Below the pieces are notes generated by a model. That model saw only the letters and a list, made by a program, of their open reading frames with translations. It was not told the DNA's origin and searched no databases. From Bacteroidia bacterium (GTDB lineage Bacteria > Bacteroidota > Bacteroidia > M30B66): a stretch of DNA of 64,000 nt. Both the position numbers and the translations under genes were made by a program. Numbering within the stretch: the first letter of the stretch is position 1; each line of letters begins with the position of its first letter. The DNA lies in contig OZ257142.1 in assembly GCA_965279035.1 (NCBI GenBank), positions 1,280,001-1,344,000 of the forward strand, read 5' to 3'. Shown one piece after another: positions 1 to 11,652 of the stretch.

Positions 1-910
1 CAGCAAGATTCGCAATAAATGCACTCGTTTTCATATCCGCTCCAGCTGCCATGCAAAGTGCAGCTGTACTTATTACCGTATCTCCCGCTCCGCTAACATC
101 CGAAATTGTTACAGGTCTTGAGGATACTTGAATAATCTCACTTCCATTACTTGCAAACATTCCATATTCCGAAAGTGTAATCAAACTCCATTGATGTTGC
201 AATTCTTTTCGTAATAATTGATCTGCATTCTTTAATGATTCCAACGATTTAGGATCTACTTCTATCTTCAAACCTTCTCGAATTTCTTTCAAGTTAGGTT
301 TGAATAAATCCACATTTCCATAGGAAAGAAAATTACGTTTCTTCGGATCCACCGCCACAAAAATTTTCTTTTCTCGAGCAATTGAAACAATCGATTTTAT
401 TATGGTTTCGGAGATAAGTCCTTTGTCATAATCTTCAAAAATGATCACATCAAATTCTTCTAGTTCAATCAGAGATTTCAGATGTTCCTCCAATTTTTTA
501 GATTCATTATCGGGTAACAATTGATCATCTTCCTCATCCACACGTAATAACTGATGCTGATTCCCAATAATTCTGGTCTTTACTGTTGTTGGTCTATTTA
601 CTTGAAGTATTCCTTTCTGAGTTAATCCTTCTTGTTCTAATAAACCTAAAAAAGTATCGCCATCTCGATCATTTCCAATAACAGATGCTAAAACCGCTTT
701 TGCTCCTAAAGCTTGAATATTCAAAGCAACATTAGCTGCGCCTCCTAAACGATGTTCTTTTCTTTGAACAGCAACCACTGCTACAGGTGCTTCTGGAGAA
801 ATTCGATCTACTTTTCCCCAAACATAACTATCCACCATCACATCCCCAATGATGAGTACACGTTGTTTTTGGAAACATTCGAAAATCCGCTGAAGTTCCT
901 GTTGGTTCAT
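1..910 (-). CDS. rfaE1: RfaE/HldE domain I-like PfkB-family sugar kinase (D-glycero-beta-D-manno-heptose-7-phosphate kinase), 3' end runs off the window
   Basis: Not in the ORF track; my translation of the minus strand from ATG at 910 gives MNQQELQRIFECFQKQRVLIIGDVMVDSYVWGKVDRISPEAPVAVV...LGGAANVA...DVSGAGDTV. The start overlaps the upstream stop codon (ATGA). Confidence 0.85.
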   Translation of the reverse strand, partial: MNQQELQRIFECFQKQRVLIIGDVMVDSYVWGKVDRISPEAPVAVVAVQRKEHRLGGAANVALNIQALGAKAVLASVIGNDRDGDTFLGLLEQEGLTQKGILQVNRPTTVKTRIIGNQHQLLRVDEEDDQLLPDNESKKLEEHLKSLIELEEFDVIIFEDYDKGLISETIIKSIVSIAREKKIFVAVDPKKRNFLSYGNVDLFKPNLKEIREGLKIEVDPKSLESLKNADQLLRKELQHQWSLITLSEYGMFASNGSEIIQVSSRPVTISDVSGAGDTVISTAALCMAAGADMKTSAFIANLA

Positions 911-2103
911 GCTTCTAAACTTTCAAGTCCTGCTTTTAAACGTTTAACCGATTCAATGATGATTTCCTCTGAAGTAGCATAGGATAATCGAATGGATTTA
1001 TCACAACCAAAAGCCTCTCCTCCAACTGTTGCCAAATGAAATTGATTGATGAGATACATGGTAAGCTCGATACTCGTATTAATTTGCTGCCCATTTCCTT
1101 TCTTGCCTAAAAATGCAGAAACATCAGGGAAAAAATAAAAGGCTCCTTCAGGTTCATTTACTTTCAATCCTGTAATCTCGCGCAACAATCCAAGCATTAA
1201 ATCTCGTCGTTTATGAAAGCCTTCCACCATCGGTTGAATTACTTTTGGATCAGCATTTAATGCGGCGATTGCTGCTCTTTGAGTGATGGTACAGGTTCCT
1301 GAAGTGATTTGGCCTTGAAATTTATCACATGCATCGGCAATCCATTTGGGAGCACCAATATATCCTAAACGCCAACCGGTCATAGCAAAACTTTTCGATA
1401 AGCCATTCACAGTTACTACCCGTTCTTTCATGTTAGGCAAAGAGGCGATACTACAGTGTTTTCCCTTAAAACGGATATGCTCATAAATTTCATCCGAAAT
1501 AATAATTACTTCTGGATAGTCTTGAAAAAATGAAGCTATCGATTCTAATTCTTGTCGCGAATAAACCGATCCTGTTGGATTACATGGAGATGAGAATATC
1601 ATCATCCTCGTTTTATCCGAAATAGATGGTCGAAGTTGATCTGGTGTTACTTTAAAATCCTGCTCAATTCCAGCATAAATCACCTTAGGAATTCCTCCTG
1701 CAAGTTTAATAATCTCAATATAACTCACCCAATAAGGTGCAGGTAATAAAACCTCGTCGCCTGGATTTATTAAACTCAAAATCGCATTCGCAATTGATTG
1801 TTTAGCTCCTGTAGAAACTACAATCTGATCGGGGGCATATTCAATAGCATTATCTCTTTTAAATTTCAACGAAACCGCTTCTCGAAGTTCTGGATATCCA
1901 GCAACTGGAGGATAATGCGTAAAATTTTCATCTATAGCTTTTTTAGCTGCTTCCTTTATGAACATTGGAGTGTCATAATCGGGTTCACCAAGGCTAAGAC
2001 TAATAACATCTATTCCTTGTGCTTTTAATTCCCTTGTTCGGCGCGCCATTGCCAGAGTCTCAGACTCACTGAGTACCATTAGCCTATTGGATACACGGTT
2101 CAT
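907..2103 (-). CDS. aspC: Pyridoxal-phosphate-dependent aminotransferase class I/II (aspartate aminotransferase-like)
   Basis: Motifs SLGEPD, SPCNPTG, SDEIYE, GLSKSFAMTGWRLGY (PLP lysine). Confidence 0.9.
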   Translation of the reverse strand: MNRVSNRLMVLSESETLAMARRTRELKAQGIDVISLSLGEPDYDTPMFIKEAAKKAIDENFTHYPPVAGYPELREAVSLKFKRDNAIEYAPDQIVVSTGAKQSIANAILSLINPGDEVLLPAPYWVSYIEIIKLAGGIPKVIYAGIEQDFKVTPDQLRPSISDKTRMMIFSSPCNPTGSVYSRQELESIASFFQDYPEVIIISDEIYEHIRFKGKHCSIASLPNMKERVVTVNGLSKSFAMTGWRLGYIGAPKWIADACDKFQGQITSGTCTITQRAAIAALNADPKVIQPMVEGFHKRRDLMLGLLREITGLKVNEPEGAFYFFPDVSAFLGKKGNGQQINTSIELTMYLINQFHLATVGGEAFGCDKSIRLSYATSEEIIIESVKRLKAGLESLEA

Positions 2104-2213
2104 TTTGTGTTGATTTTGGCCTGCGAAACTACGTGAATTTTTAGAATCGAAAGGAATCGAGTAATATTGCAGCCCGGTTGCAGTTTACAGAAAAGTCCGG
2201 TACCCTTCTGCCA

Positions 2214-3146
2214 ATGCGCATTTCGGCTTCAATTAGCTCTATTCAACAACGACAAATTCCTTCTACAGTTAATCAACTAGATGAAGCAGGTGTCAACTTT
2301 TACCATTTGGATAGTGTTGAAAACCGGGAGATATTCACTTTTGCGAAAATGCTTGGAGGTTTAACTAAAACCCCCATGGATCTTCATCTCATCACTTCTG
2401 ATCCAGTTAAATATTGGGATGAAATAAGAAATTCAGGTATCATTTCTACGGTCATTCAATTAGAATCATTGCATTCTACGCTTTTCGTACCAGTAGATCT
2501 TCGTGGAAAAGTTGGCCTTGCAATACTTTCCTCTAGCTCACCCGAATTATTTCGTCCTTACGAGAAAGTAGCTTCTTGTCTTTTAATCATGACTACAACT
2601 CCCGGTTATAGTGGCGGGAAATTTCAAAAAGAACAATTCGCTAACATCATTCGGTTTCGCATACTTTATCCAAGAACTCCATTAATTGTTGATGGTGGTG
2701 TGAATGCAGATGTAGCATCAGTTTTACAACTTTTAGGAATTGAGCAAGTTGTTTCTGGATCCTACCTTTTTTCTGGAGAATCGATTCATGAAACAGTGAA
2801 TAATCTTCGTGAAGAACCAATAAAAGACCAACGTTTAGTTGATATTCTTCTTGCTGAACCAGAAATCCTTTCTAATCTCGATTTGAGACTACCCGAAATG
2901 ATTCATTTCATCAATGAACAAGGAGTGATATCCAAACGTTTAATTCCCGATTCTTGGCTTTCTTCCATTGGTGCTAAAACGGTCGCTATGCATTTTAGTC
3001 CTTTCCCTGTTATCTGGGCCGATGAACGTTTATCGCTCAATACCTTAAACACAATTCTGCCTTCTTTGTCTGAACAACCTCATATTGTCATTACAATCAA
3101 TGAAGCGGAAGAAGTTTCCGGGTTGATTTGTTTGACTTCATATTAA
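2214..3146 (+). CDS. Ribulose-phosphate 3-epimerase-family protein with a divergent C-terminal extension of about 110 aa
   Basis: YHLD, DLHL, LIMTTTPGYSGGKF, VDGGVN and VSGSYLF match the Rpe fold. ATG at 2214 preferred over TTG at 2178. Confidence 0.75.
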   Translation: MRISASISSIQQRQIPSTVNQLDEAGVNFYHLDSVENREIFTFAKMLGGLTKTPMDLHLITSDPVKYWDEIRNSGIISTVIQLESLHSTLFVPVDLRGKVGLAILSSSSPELFRPYEKVASCLLIMTTTPGYSGGKFQKEQFANIIRFRILYPRTPLIVDGGVNADVASVLQLLGIEQVVSGSYLFSGESIHETVNNLREEPIKDQRLVDILLAEPEILSNLDLRLPEMIHFINEQGVISKRLIPDSWLSSIGAKTVAMHFSPFPVIWADERLSLNTLNTILPSLSEQPHIVITINEAEEVSGLICLTSY

Positions 3147-3152
3147 CTTCCT

Positions 3153-4151
3153 ATGATTCTTCATTTACAACATACGCTTTCAACATATAAAACAGCCGAA
3201 CTTGCTTTAAAACACCAAGCTGTTTTTTATTCAAATAAGGAGAATATCATATTTGTCCTACCTTCAGCAATTAAGTCGGTTCCCGAAGAATTAAAACCCT
3301 TTACTGAAGAGTCTTGGGTTACTGATTCGGATATTCAACTCGCTTCAAAATCGTATCGGAAAAATATACGTGAAGTTCGTTGGGGCAATACCGTTATTGG
3401 TGGTGATTCTAGATCAACAGTGATGATTGCTGGCCCTTGTTCCGTTGAATCAGAAGAACAACTCGAATCAACAGCATCGCTTCTCAATGAATTGAATATT
3501 AAAAACATGAGAGCCGGAGCATTCAAACCAAGAACATCGCCTTATTCATTTCAAGGAATGGGTGAAGATGGTTTGAAATTATTGGCTAAAATGCGTGAAA
3601 AATATGGGTTTTCTATTGTTACTGAAGTTCGCGATGCTACCAATGTAGAAGCCATTATCGAATATGCAGATGTGATTCAAATTGGTGCCAAATCAATGTA
3701 TGATCATGGAATTTTACGTCGTTGTGGAAAAGCAAATAAACCCGTTTTACTTAAGCGTGGATTCGGTTCTACGTTACAAGAGTTTGTTCAATGTGCTGAA
3801 TTTATTCTCTCTGGAGGAAATGAAAATGTGATGCTTTGTGAACGTGGAATAAGAACCTTCGAAACGAAAACACGCTTTACCCTCGATTTATGTGGTGTTT
3901 CATATCTGAAAGAATACACAAATCTTCCTGTTGTTTTAGATCCTAGTCATGCAATGGGTTATGCATACGGAGTCGCTGATCTTTCTCGTGCATGTATCGC
4001 CATGGGAATTGATGGACTTCTTGTAGAAACTCATCCAAATCCTAAAGTCGCGAAATCGGATGCCTCGCAACAATTAAATCATGATGAGTTCAGAGCATTA
4101 ATGCAAACGCTTAACCCTGTAGCTCTAGCTGTAGGATATAAAATGGTATAA
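3153..4151 (+). CDS. Type I-beta DAH7P-synthase-like aldolase (3-deoxy-ulosonate phosphate synthase family)
   Basis: AGPCSVES, AFKPRTSPYSFQG, KPVLLKRG, CERGIRTFE, DPSHA, ETHPNP motifs. Confidence 0.85.
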   Translation: MILHLQHTLSTYKTAELALKHQAVFYSNKENIIFVLPSAIKSVPEELKPFTEESWVTDSDIQLASKSYRKNIREVRWGNTVIGGDSRSTVMIAGPCSVESEEQLESTASLLNELNIKNMRAGAFKPRTSPYSFQGMGEDGLKLLAKMREKYGFSIVTEVRDATNVEAIIEYADVIQIGAKSMYDHGILRRCGKANKPVLLKRGFGSTLQEFVQCAEFILSGGNENVMLCERGIRTFETKTRFTLDLCGVSYLKEYTNLPVVLDPSHAMGYAYGVADLSRACIAMGIDGLLVETHPNPKVAKSDASQQLNHDEFRALMQTLNPVALAVGYKMV

Positions 4152-4840
4152 TGAATCTTCTTAAAAAAAATACTGCTTTTTTACTTCAAAATTCAACTCA
4201 TTCATCATTCATTAGCAATGCGTTAAAAGAGAAGTTGCATCTTTATGTGAATGGCTCTACTGATCTTATATCACCTGAAGTTTTAACAGAAATTTCGGCT
4301 GAAATAGGATGGCTTATTGATACGCTCATTCAAGAAGATATCTCAACTCAATCGCTCGTTCCGAGTGAAATTAAAATGCTCGTGTTCGATGTTGATGGTG
4401 TGATGACCGATGCTGGAATGTATTATTCAGAATCGGGTGATGAGTTTAAGAAATTCAATGCACGCGATGGACTTGCAATTCGAGAATTAAATAAAAGTGG
4501 TTGGCTTACAGGAATAATCAGCCATGGAATAAATATTAATTTGATTCAACGTCGTGCCGATTTATTGGGAATTCAACACGTATATGCTGGAAATAAACCA
4601 AAAACAGATGTCTTGGCCGATTGGTGTAATCAACTGGGATTAACTTTTTCTCAAATAGGGTACATCGGTGATGATATAAACGATCTACCAATCATACGGA
4701 TAGTTGGCTTTTCTGCTTGCCCCGCAGATGCAGCGAATGAAGTAAAAAAGGAAGTCAATCTTGTTCTCTCCACCAAAGGGGGTGAAGGGGCAATTCGTGA
4801 ATGGATTGATCGTTGTTTTTCTAAATCAGCCTCCATTTAA
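4151..4840 (+). CDS. kdsC: KdsC/YrbI-family HAD phosphatase with N-terminal XRE-like HTH extension
   Basis: FDVDGVMTD, FNARDG, IGDDIND, GGEGAIRE motifs; about 70 extra N-terminal residues. Confidence 0.8.
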   Translation: MNLLKKNTAFLLQNSTHSSFISNALKEKLHLYVNGSTDLISPEVLTEISAEIGWLIDTLIQEDISTQSLVPSEIKMLVFDVDGVMTDAGMYYSESGDEFKKFNARDGLAIRELNKSGWLTGIISHGININLIQRRADLLGIQHVYAGNKPKTDVLADWCNQLGLTFSQIGYIGDDINDLPIIRIVGFSACPADAANEVKKEVNLVLSTKGGEGAIREWIDRCFSKSASI

Positions 4841-4870
4841 TAACACATTTCAAAGCAATACTAACCTTTT

Positions 4871-4878
4871 TACCTTTG
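4871..4878 (+). promoter_or_regulatory. Bacteroidota housekeeping promoter -7 element upstream of hemE
   Basis: TACCTTTG matches TAnnTTTG, only 4 nt before the ATG (leaderless or near-leaderless transcript). Confidence 0.55.
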
Positions 4879-4882
4879 CAGT

Positions 4883-5917
4883 ATGCAATTGAAAAATGAT
4901 ATAATTCTACGAGCTGCTCGAGGTGAGAAAACAGAAAGAACTCCTGTTTGGCTTATGCGTCAAGCTGGACGAATTTTACCTGAATACAGAGAAGTTCGAT
5001 CTCGCGTTAGTGGTTTTATTGAACTAGTTGAAACACCCGAATTAGCAGCAGAAGTAACAATCCAACCAGTTGATATTTTAGGTGTTGATGCAGCCATTAT
5101 CTTTTCTGATATTTTGGTTATCCCTCAAGCAATGGGTTGTCCTTATAAAATGATTGAGCAAAAAGGGCCTTGGTTTGAACAAACAATTCGGAATCAAAAC
5201 GATTTCAAAAAGCTCCATATTGCTCGGCCTGAAGAAGATCTCAATTTCGTACTTGAAGCAATCAGAATTACTAAGAAAGAATTAAACGGTCGAGTTCCTT
5301 TGATTGGTTTTGCTGGTGCCCCATGGACAATTTTCGCTTATATGACAGAAGGTTCAGGATCTAAAACATTCTCAATAGCTAGGAAGTTATTATACACCGA
5401 TCCTAAATTTTCGGAGCAATTGCTTGAAATGATTACAACAAGCACAATTGCCTATCTGAAAGCACAAATACACGCAGGAGCTGATATGGTTCAGCTTTTC
5501 GACTCTTGGGCAGGAATATTATCACCAGAGCAATATGAACGGTTTTCTCTTCGCTATATCAGTCGAATTTGTGATCAAATAACAGAAGTTCCTGTTACTG
5601 TTTTTGCCAAAGGGGCATTTTTCGCTCGAAGCCAAATGAGTAAACTTTCGTGCAGAACAATTGGCCTTGATTGGAATATGGATATTTCAGAATCTAGAAA
5701 CCTAATTGGTCATGACAAAACCTTGCAAGGAAATTTAGATCCCTGTCTTTTATATAGTGACTTTGATACTATAAAAATTGCAACAGAAAATATGTTAAAG
5801 CAATTTGGACCTACTAAACACATTGCAAATTTGGGACACGGACTATATCCAGATACAAATCCTGAAGCGGTTAAAGTATTCATCGAAACTGTGAAAAATT
5901 ATAAATTCCAGAATTAG
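4883..5917 (+). CDS. hemE: Uroporphyrinogen decarboxylase
   Basis: [42 protein letters not shown]. Confidence 0.95.
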   Translation: MQLKNDIILRAARGEKTERTPVWLMRQAGRILPEYREVRSRVSGFIELVETPELAAEVTIQPVDILGVDAAIIFSDILVIPQAMGCPYKMIEQKGPWFEQTIRNQNDFKKLHIARPEEDLNFVLEAIRITKKELNGRVPLIGFAGAPWTIFAYMTEGSGSKTFSIARKLLYTDPKFSEQLLEMITTSTIAYLKAQIHAGADMVQLFDSWAGILSPEQYERFSLRYISRICDQITEVPVTVFAKGAFFARSQMSKLSCRTIGLDWNMDISESRNLIGHDKTLQGNLDPCLLYSDFDTIKIATENMLKQFGPTKHIANLGHGLYPDTNPEAVKVFIETVKNYKFQN

Positions 5918-5934
5918 ATATTCATCATTTTATA

Positions 5935-6699
5935 TTGAACACATTGAATAGCATTAAATCTGATAGCCTAGTTATTATTCCAACATACAATGAACGTGAA
6001 AACGTTGAACGTATGATTAGGAAAGTAATGTCCTTAGACAAACAATTTGATCTCCTCATAATTGATGATGGTTCTCCAGATGGTACAGCTGATATTGTTA
6101 AAAGATTAATGATCGAATTTAAAGGACGACTTTTTATTGAAGAAAGAGCTGGAAAACTAGGGCTTGGAACTGCCTACATTCATGGATTTAGATGGGCATT
6201 AAAACATGATTATCTCTTCATTTTTGAAATGGATTGCGATTTTTCCCACAATCCTGAAGACTTAATTCGACTTTATAATTGTTGCCATATTGATGAGGCT
6301 GATTTGGCTATTGGATCACGTTACATAAACGGTGTAAACGTTGTGAACTGGCCAATGAAAAGAGTTTTAATGTCGTATTATGCTTCTGCCTATGTTCGCA
6401 TCATTACTCGAATGAAAATTCGAGATACAACCGCAGGCTTTAAATGCTATAAAAGAAATGTGCTTGAAACATTAGAATTGGATAAAATCCGATTTATGGG
6501 CTATGCTTTTCAAATTGAAATGAAGTTTACTGCATGGAAATGCGGATTTATTATCAAAGAAGTACCAATAATTTTTTATGATCGAACCGAAGGTCAATCT
6601 AAAATGTCGGGTACTATTTTTAGAGAAGCAATTTTGGGAGTTATTGAAATGAAACTGAAAAGTTGGTTTAGAAAATTTCCACAGTCTAAAACCGCATAG
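5935..6699 (+). CDS. Polyprenol monophosphomannose synthase (GT2, Dpm1-like)
   Basis: IIPTYNE, DDGSPDGT, GLGTAY, MDCDFSH, DTTAGFKC, GYAFQIEM. Confidence 0.9.
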   Translation: MNTLNSIKSDSLVIIPTYNERENVERMIRKVMSLDKQFDLLIIDDGSPDGTADIVKRLMIEFKGRLFIEERAGKLGLGTAYIHGFRWALKHDYLFIFEMDCDFSHNPEDLIRLYNCCHIDEADLAIGSRYINGVNVVNWPMKRVLMSYYASAYVRIITRMKIRDTTAGFKCYKRNVLETLELDKIRFMGYAFQIEMKFTAWKCGFIIKEVPIIFYDRTEGQSKMSGTIFREAILGVIEMKLKSWFRKFPQSKTA

Positions 6700-6773
6700 T
6701 TCAATACACAGCATAGTTCTCAACAGACGATAATGAGACTATTCTTAATAAAGAGCCCATTTCATAGGAATAA

Positions 6774-8471
<1,698 letters not shown>

Positions 8472-8481
8472 TCTCTTTGAT

Positions 8482-8522
8482 AAAAAAAAGCCCTGTTCTT
8501 TATAGGAAACAGGGCTTTTTTC
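8482..8522. terminator. Bidirectional intrinsic terminator between convergent pyrG and pckA
   Basis: AAAAAAAAGCCCTGTT...AACAGGGCTTTTTTT. Confidence 0.85.
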
Positions 8523-8537
8523 AGCATTTATTGTGAA

Positions 8538-10157
8538 TTAAACTTCAGATGTAACTTTCGATTTTGGTGAAGCGGCCATTATTTCTTCATTGGCAAAATC
8601 GGCATATTGAGTAAAATTCTTCACAAATTTATCGGCAAGTTCAGCTGCTTTTTGGTCAAACATTTCCTTATTTGGCCAAGCATTTCTTGGATATAATAGC
8701 TCAGACGGAACATCTGGACAGGATACAGGTGTTTTTAACCCAAAGAATGGTGTTTCTTTATATTCAATGGTATTAAGCTCTCCTTTAAGAGCAGCAGAAA
8801 TCATAGCTCTTGTGTATTTGAGTTTAATTCTAGAGCCAATTCCATATGGACCACCGCACCAGCCAGTATTAATTAACCAAACATTTACATCTGACTCTTT
8901 TAATTTTTTGCCCAATAGTTCTGCATATCGAGTAGGATGTAGAGGTAAAAATGCCTTTCCAAAACATGCTGAGAAAGTAACTTGTGGTTCAGTTATTCCG
9001 ACCTCAGTTCCAGCTACTTTTGCAGTGTAACCAGAAATGAAATGGTACATCGCTTGGGCAGGACTTAATTTTGAAATTGGAGGTAAAACACCAAAAGCAT
9101 CTGCTGTTAAAAAGAAAATGTTCTTTGGAACATCTCCAATTGAAGGCTGCATAATATTGTCTATAAGCTCAATCGGGTATGCAACTCGAGTATTCTCGGT
9201 TTTTTTAATATCGGAAAAATCAACTGTTCTAGTTCCTTCGAAATAATTGATGTTTTCTAATAAAGCTCCAAATCGAATGGCATTAAATATTTGGGGTTCT
9301 TTTTCTGCTGATAGATCAACACATTTAGCATAACAGCCGCCTTCAAAATTAAATACTGCTTTGTTTGACCAGCCATGTTCATCATCACCAATTAATTTTC
9401 TCTCAGGATCCGCAGACAATGTTGTTTTGCCTGTTCCACTTAATCCAAAAAATACTGCTGTATCTCCATCTTTCCCAACATTTGCAGAACAATGCATTGA
9501 AAGAACATTCTTTTCATGGGGAAGTATGAAATTGAGTACTGAAAAAATCCCCTTCTTAATTTCTCCTGTATACCCTGAACCACCAATTAAGATTATTTTC
9601 TTGGTAAAATTGATAATAGTGAAATTATGTTGTCGAGTTCCATCAATAGCTGGATCTGCTTTAAATCCAGGTGCATTTATAATATGCCATTCAGGCACAA
9701 ATGAACTTAATTCTTCAATAGAAGGCCTGAGAAATAGGTTGTTAGCAAATAAATTTGACCAAGGTAACTCGGTTACAACACGAATATTTAATCTGTATTC
9801 AGGATCAGCACAAGCATAACTATCACGAACATATACTTCCGCATTATTGAAATAAGCGCAAACACGATTGTATAGTTTATCAAAATCAGCTGATTCAAAT
9901 CGGTGATTTACATCTCCCCACCAAACAGCATCTTTGGTTTTTTCATCATAAACTACATATTTATCTTTGGGGGAGCGACCAGTGAATTCACCTGTGTCGA
10001 TTGCCAATGCGCCAGTGTCTGATAGAGTACCTTCTCCACTGATTAAGGTTTCTTCAACCAATTCAGCTGGACTTAAGTTCCAATGAGCCATAGCAACATG
10101 ACCAAGACCAACATCAGCCAATGACGCTGATGTGCTCTTAATGCCGGTTTCTTGCAT
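8538..10157 (-). CDS. pckA: Phosphoenolpyruvate carboxykinase (ATP)
   Basis: TGRSPKDK, MHCSAN, FFGLSGTGKTTLS, LIGDDEHGW, NFEGGCYAK. Confidence 0.97.
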   Translation of the reverse strand: MQETGIKSTSASLADVGLGHVAMAHWNLSPAELVEETLISGEGTLSDTGALAIDTGEFTGRSPKDKYVVYDEKTKDAVWWGDVNHRFESADFDKLYNRVCAYFNNAEVYVRDSYACADPEYRLNIRVVTELPWSNLFANNLFLRPSIEELSSFVPEWHIINAPGFKADPAIDGTRQHNFTIINFTKKIILIGGSGYTGEIKKGIFSVLNFILPHEKNVLSMHCSANVGKDGDTAVFFGLSGTGKTTLSADPERKLIGDDEHGWSNKAVFNFEGGCYAKCVDLSAEKEPQIFNAIRFGALLENINYFEGTRTVDFSDIKKTENTRVAYPIELIDNIMQPSIGDVPKNIFFLTADAFGVLPPISKLSPAQAMYHFISGYTAKVAGTEVGITEPQVTFSACFGKAFLPLHPTRYAELLGKKLKESDVNVWLINTGWCGGPYGIGSRIKLKYTRAMISAALKGELNTIEYKETPFFGLKTPVSCPDVPSELLYPRNAWPNKEMFDQKAAELADKFVKNFTQYADFANEEIMAASPKSKVTSEV

Positions 10158-10266
10158 AACAGATTTGTTTTAGGATTTGCATTTGGGATTGCACAAAATT
10201 AAAACAAATTCCGGTTTTGCTTACAATTCTAAGAGCTTAGATTTATATAAATGAATTGAATGCGTT

Positions 10267-10764
10267 TTATCTCCTTCTTTTATTACAAATAGCATTTTCA
10301 GTTGAATGTACCATTGAGCTTTTTCTTAGAATAGTATTGGAATTATTCTTGAAAGTTTCGATTTCTTTCTCCTTGAGATTGAATAATTGGATGCAAAAGT
10401 CAACCTCGCCCTCTCTTCCCCATGGTACTCTTTCATAACTAAATGAATTACTGTAGTTTTCTTTATTTTCATTTAAAAAGTTAATATATTCTTTCAATAT
10501 GGTTCGGTCAATTCCTGATCCTATGCTATAAAATGAAACTACCAAATCATATTTCATTGTATCCGATTTTATCTCATTTTGCTTTTTATTTTCATTAACA
10601 ATTTCAGATAAATTCACTGATGAAATAGTAGTATCAATATTTATTTTTTCTGAAGTTTCAATTTTACCTGAATCCCCTTTATTCAAAGTAGCTTTTTCAG
10701 CATGTTTGCATGAACAAAATACAAGTTGAGATATAATAAAAAATAGAACGATGGAATTTTTCAT
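10267..10764 (-). CDS. Hypothetical lipoprotein
   Basis: Signal peptide with lipobox-like FCSC-K; C-terminal domain LVVSFYSIGSGID...WGREGEVDFC. Confidence 0.65.
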   Translation of the reverse strand: MKNSIVLFFIISQLVFCSCKHAEKATLNKGDSGKIETSEKINIDTTISSVNLSEIVNENKKQNEIKSDTMKYDLVVSFYSIGSGIDRTILKEYINFLNENKENYSNSFSYERVPWGREGEVDFCIQLFNLKEKEIETFKNNSNTILRKSSMVHSTENAICNKRRR

Positions 10765-10863
10765 GATAAAATATTATAGAAGCAAATCTATGGTTTTGTG
10801 GACAAAAATTTTATTCTTTAAAAGCTTTAACGATAAGCTTAGCAATTAATTTTAATAATTAAT

Positions 10864-11259
10864 CTAGATCGATTTTATTTTATTCCCTTTCAGAAAAACC
10901 AATAACCAAGCTGAAATGAGCAAAATACCTCCAATAGGAGTTAAAGGCCATAAATAACTAAAGATACTGATATCTAATAATTTGTTAAAAGTCAATAGGT
11001 AAATTGAAAAACTAAAACAGATAATGCCATAAATTATTAATAAGGATGCTTGTCTTTTCAATTTTTCATTTATTGACATTTCTGAAATTGCTAACAAGGC
11101 TATCGAATGTATTAGCTCTAGTTCTCCTGCTACTTTTAATGAATTTAATGATTTTAGAGGCAGTTTATCTTCAAGATAATGAGAGGCTAATGCTAATATG
11201 ACCACTGAAATTACTCCAAAAAAACCAGCAATTCTATAAATTGAAAATAGTGATTTCAT
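10864..11259 (-). CDS. DUF423 (YgdD/TMEM256) family membrane protein
   Basis: Four hydrophobic segments, ASH..., HSIALL, GIICFSFSIY, TPIGG. Confidence 0.8.
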   Translation of the reverse strand: MKSLFSIYRIAGFFGVISVVILALASHYLEDKLPLKSLNSLKVAGELELIHSIALLAISEMSINEKLKRQASLLIIYGIICFSFSIYLLTFNKLLDISIFSYLWPLTPIGGILLISAWLLVFLKGNKIKSI

Positions 11260-11268
11260 TTATTAACT

Positions 11269-11652
11269 CTAACTTAAATATGAAGTGACAGTAATTTCAA
11301 CATTCACATTTTTAGGTAAACCTGCAACCTGAATAGTTTCTCTAGCAGGAAAATCATCATTGAAATAGCTTGCATAAACTTCATTTACCCGAGAAAAATT
11401 GTTCATATCAGTTAGAAATATTGACGTTTTAACTATAGTGTCAAATGAGACACCTGCTTGGGCTAAAATTGATCGAATATTTTCCATGACTTGTCTTGTT
11501 TCTGCTTCAATAGTATTCATTACAAGTTCTCCTGTTACTGGATGAATTGCGATTTGCCCACTAATGAACAAGAAATTTCCAGCTTTTACAGCTTGGCTAT
11601 ATGGTCCTATTGGAGCAGGAGCTTGATCTGATCGAACAATTTGTTTTTTCAT
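11269..11652 (-). CDS. ridA: RidA/YjgF family reactive intermediate deaminase
   Basis: APAPIGPYSQA, SGQI, FPARE, LPKNVNVEI. Confidence 0.92.
   Translation of the reverse strand: MKKQIVRSDQAPAPIGPYSQAVKAGNFLFISGQIAIHPVTGELVMNTIEAETRQVMENIRSILAQAGVSFDTIVKTSIFLTDMNNFSRVNEVYASYFNDDFPARETIQVAGLPKNVNVEITVTSYLS

Noticed and set aside
4163-4170. A8 tract at the start of kdsC as a phase-variation switch
   Set aside because: A7-A8 runs are common in this AT-rich sequence, including in core genes, and the frame is intact.
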